64,000 nucleotides of DNA from contig OZ316896.1 in the NCBI GenBank assembly GCA_973895155.1, forward strand, positions 15,872,576-15,936,575. The letters are read 5' to 3'. Within the stretch, counting starts at the first letter, position 1. Each line of letters opens with the position of its first letter. The notes beneath the pieces are model-generated. The model was not told the origin of the DNA, ran no database searches, and saw only the letters and a program-made list of their open reading frames with translations. Shown in pieces: positions 62,678-64,000 of the stretch. This DNA comes from Marsupella aquatica. Its lineage: Eukaryota > Plantae > Marchantiophyta. The translations under genes were made by a program, and so were the position numbers.

Positions 62678-64000
62678 TACATCTATTATTCTTCTTTCAC
62701 CAGATCTCATGGACAAGAATATTTAGGTTTTAAATCCAAGTGTCATAATGAGTTCCCTCCAAAGGTGCATTTTGTAAGCAGACAATAAGCAAAAAAGGCA
62801 GGATTGTGTATCATAGTGAGTACATTAGTTGCAGTTTTAGAACCAGTGTCACTCTTGCCTGATAAATTTGCAGTCTATACAGTTAGCTGGAAAATTGGGC
62901 ACAGCAGTGATTCTCTAGTTTGCAATTTTTGTCAAAATGTTACCTCCTGTCACCACTACTAGACAAGGAAGTAACCACCATTAGACAAGGAAAAAGGAAC
63001 CATTTTGAACTGTATTTGATGTCAGGAAAGTTGTACAATTTCTACTAGCCTGATTATCCATTCTTTGAACTTAAATGGAGATTAAGGAAAAAAAATCTTG
63101 TAAAATAAATATACTCTTGTTCATCTTTGCCTCCATTCTTTTTTTTTCCACCTTCACTTCTATTTTGTCTTGATTGAGTCACTTTTTAGTTTTGTCATAA
63201 TATAGAGTTAATGTCAATTTGTTAATGCTTGCTCGCATTCCTGTTTTGGGTCCACCTTCACTTTCCAGTTTTTTTTTCACTATTTTCCTATTGATAATAC
63301 GTAGATCCCGCCTAGTTTCAGTCAGCAGTAATATTGGGAATTCTCATCATCCACTTAGTTGACAAGTACATCTAATTAACAAAGCGCGATCAATGTTTTA
63401 TCCACTCACAAAGTACAAACAAGAAAGGGAAGTATGCATGAACTGGATCAAAAGGCCGATGACAGCCCAAAAATTGATTAGCCACACAGCCTAGTCATGA
63501 AACTGCGGGTGAGTTGACAAAGCGCTCTCTTGACCAAGGGGTTGTTTGGTTTGGAACTCTTGATGACCCTAGGGTGAGGCACCTTGGGAAGCCTCCTTGC
63601 AGTTTGAGTCTGTATTCTAAACATTAGTAAATGAAGTTGGGTTCGAATGTTAAATCACCCTGAATTTGAGTGAAATCATGATGGACTCACCTGAGATTGA
63701 CCAATGTTAATTCACCCTCAGTTTGAGTGAAAATAGTCAAAATACCGACCACTTTACGGGAAACCCTACAGTCTAGGGACTAGTCTTTAGAGTTTCCATA
63801 GGGGCCAAAATACTCAAAATTTCACCTCACTATAGAAATCTTATCCATTTTTTCTGGCTAAAATTAGCTAAGTTTTTTGTCTGATTAGCCAGTTTCACAC
63901 CTAACCACTGAACCACAGACCCCGGTAGCAGATGACAATCCTCAAATCTAGGGGATCTAAAACTTAATCTACTCTTTCACACAAGGTGACATCCGCTTTC

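Overview
Eukaryotic land-plant genomic DNA with GT-AG introns. Gene style and TE content suggest a bryophyte, probably a liverwort (inference). Six well-supported host genes were reconstructed by hand with phase-consistent splice sites: a 9-exon FAM114A-like protein (7387-10823,+), a head-to-head pair of type II peroxiredoxins (12786-14800,- and 16183-18194,+), CDC73/parafibromin (30687-32442,-), BTF3/NAC-beta (40908-42601,+) and an intronless LISCL/SCL14-type GRAS factor (47121-49253,-). A partial unknown gene lies at the left edge. Intergenic DNA is mostly mobile elements. The two most notable are: (1) a 5.6-kb Replitron-like HUH rolling-circle transposon (20290-25923) with a pseudogenised Rep, bounded by an exact 22-bp direct repeat; (2) a ~1.45-kb non-coding element family with non-canonical AGT...ACT termini and 5-bp TSDs, present three times, once nested in inverted orientation inside another copy. 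Also present: a deleted CRE-like RLE non-LTR retrotransposon, several non-autonomous Helitrons, two MITEs, a TSD-flanked SINE, and a patch upstream of BTF3 that copies its promoter and first coding exon.
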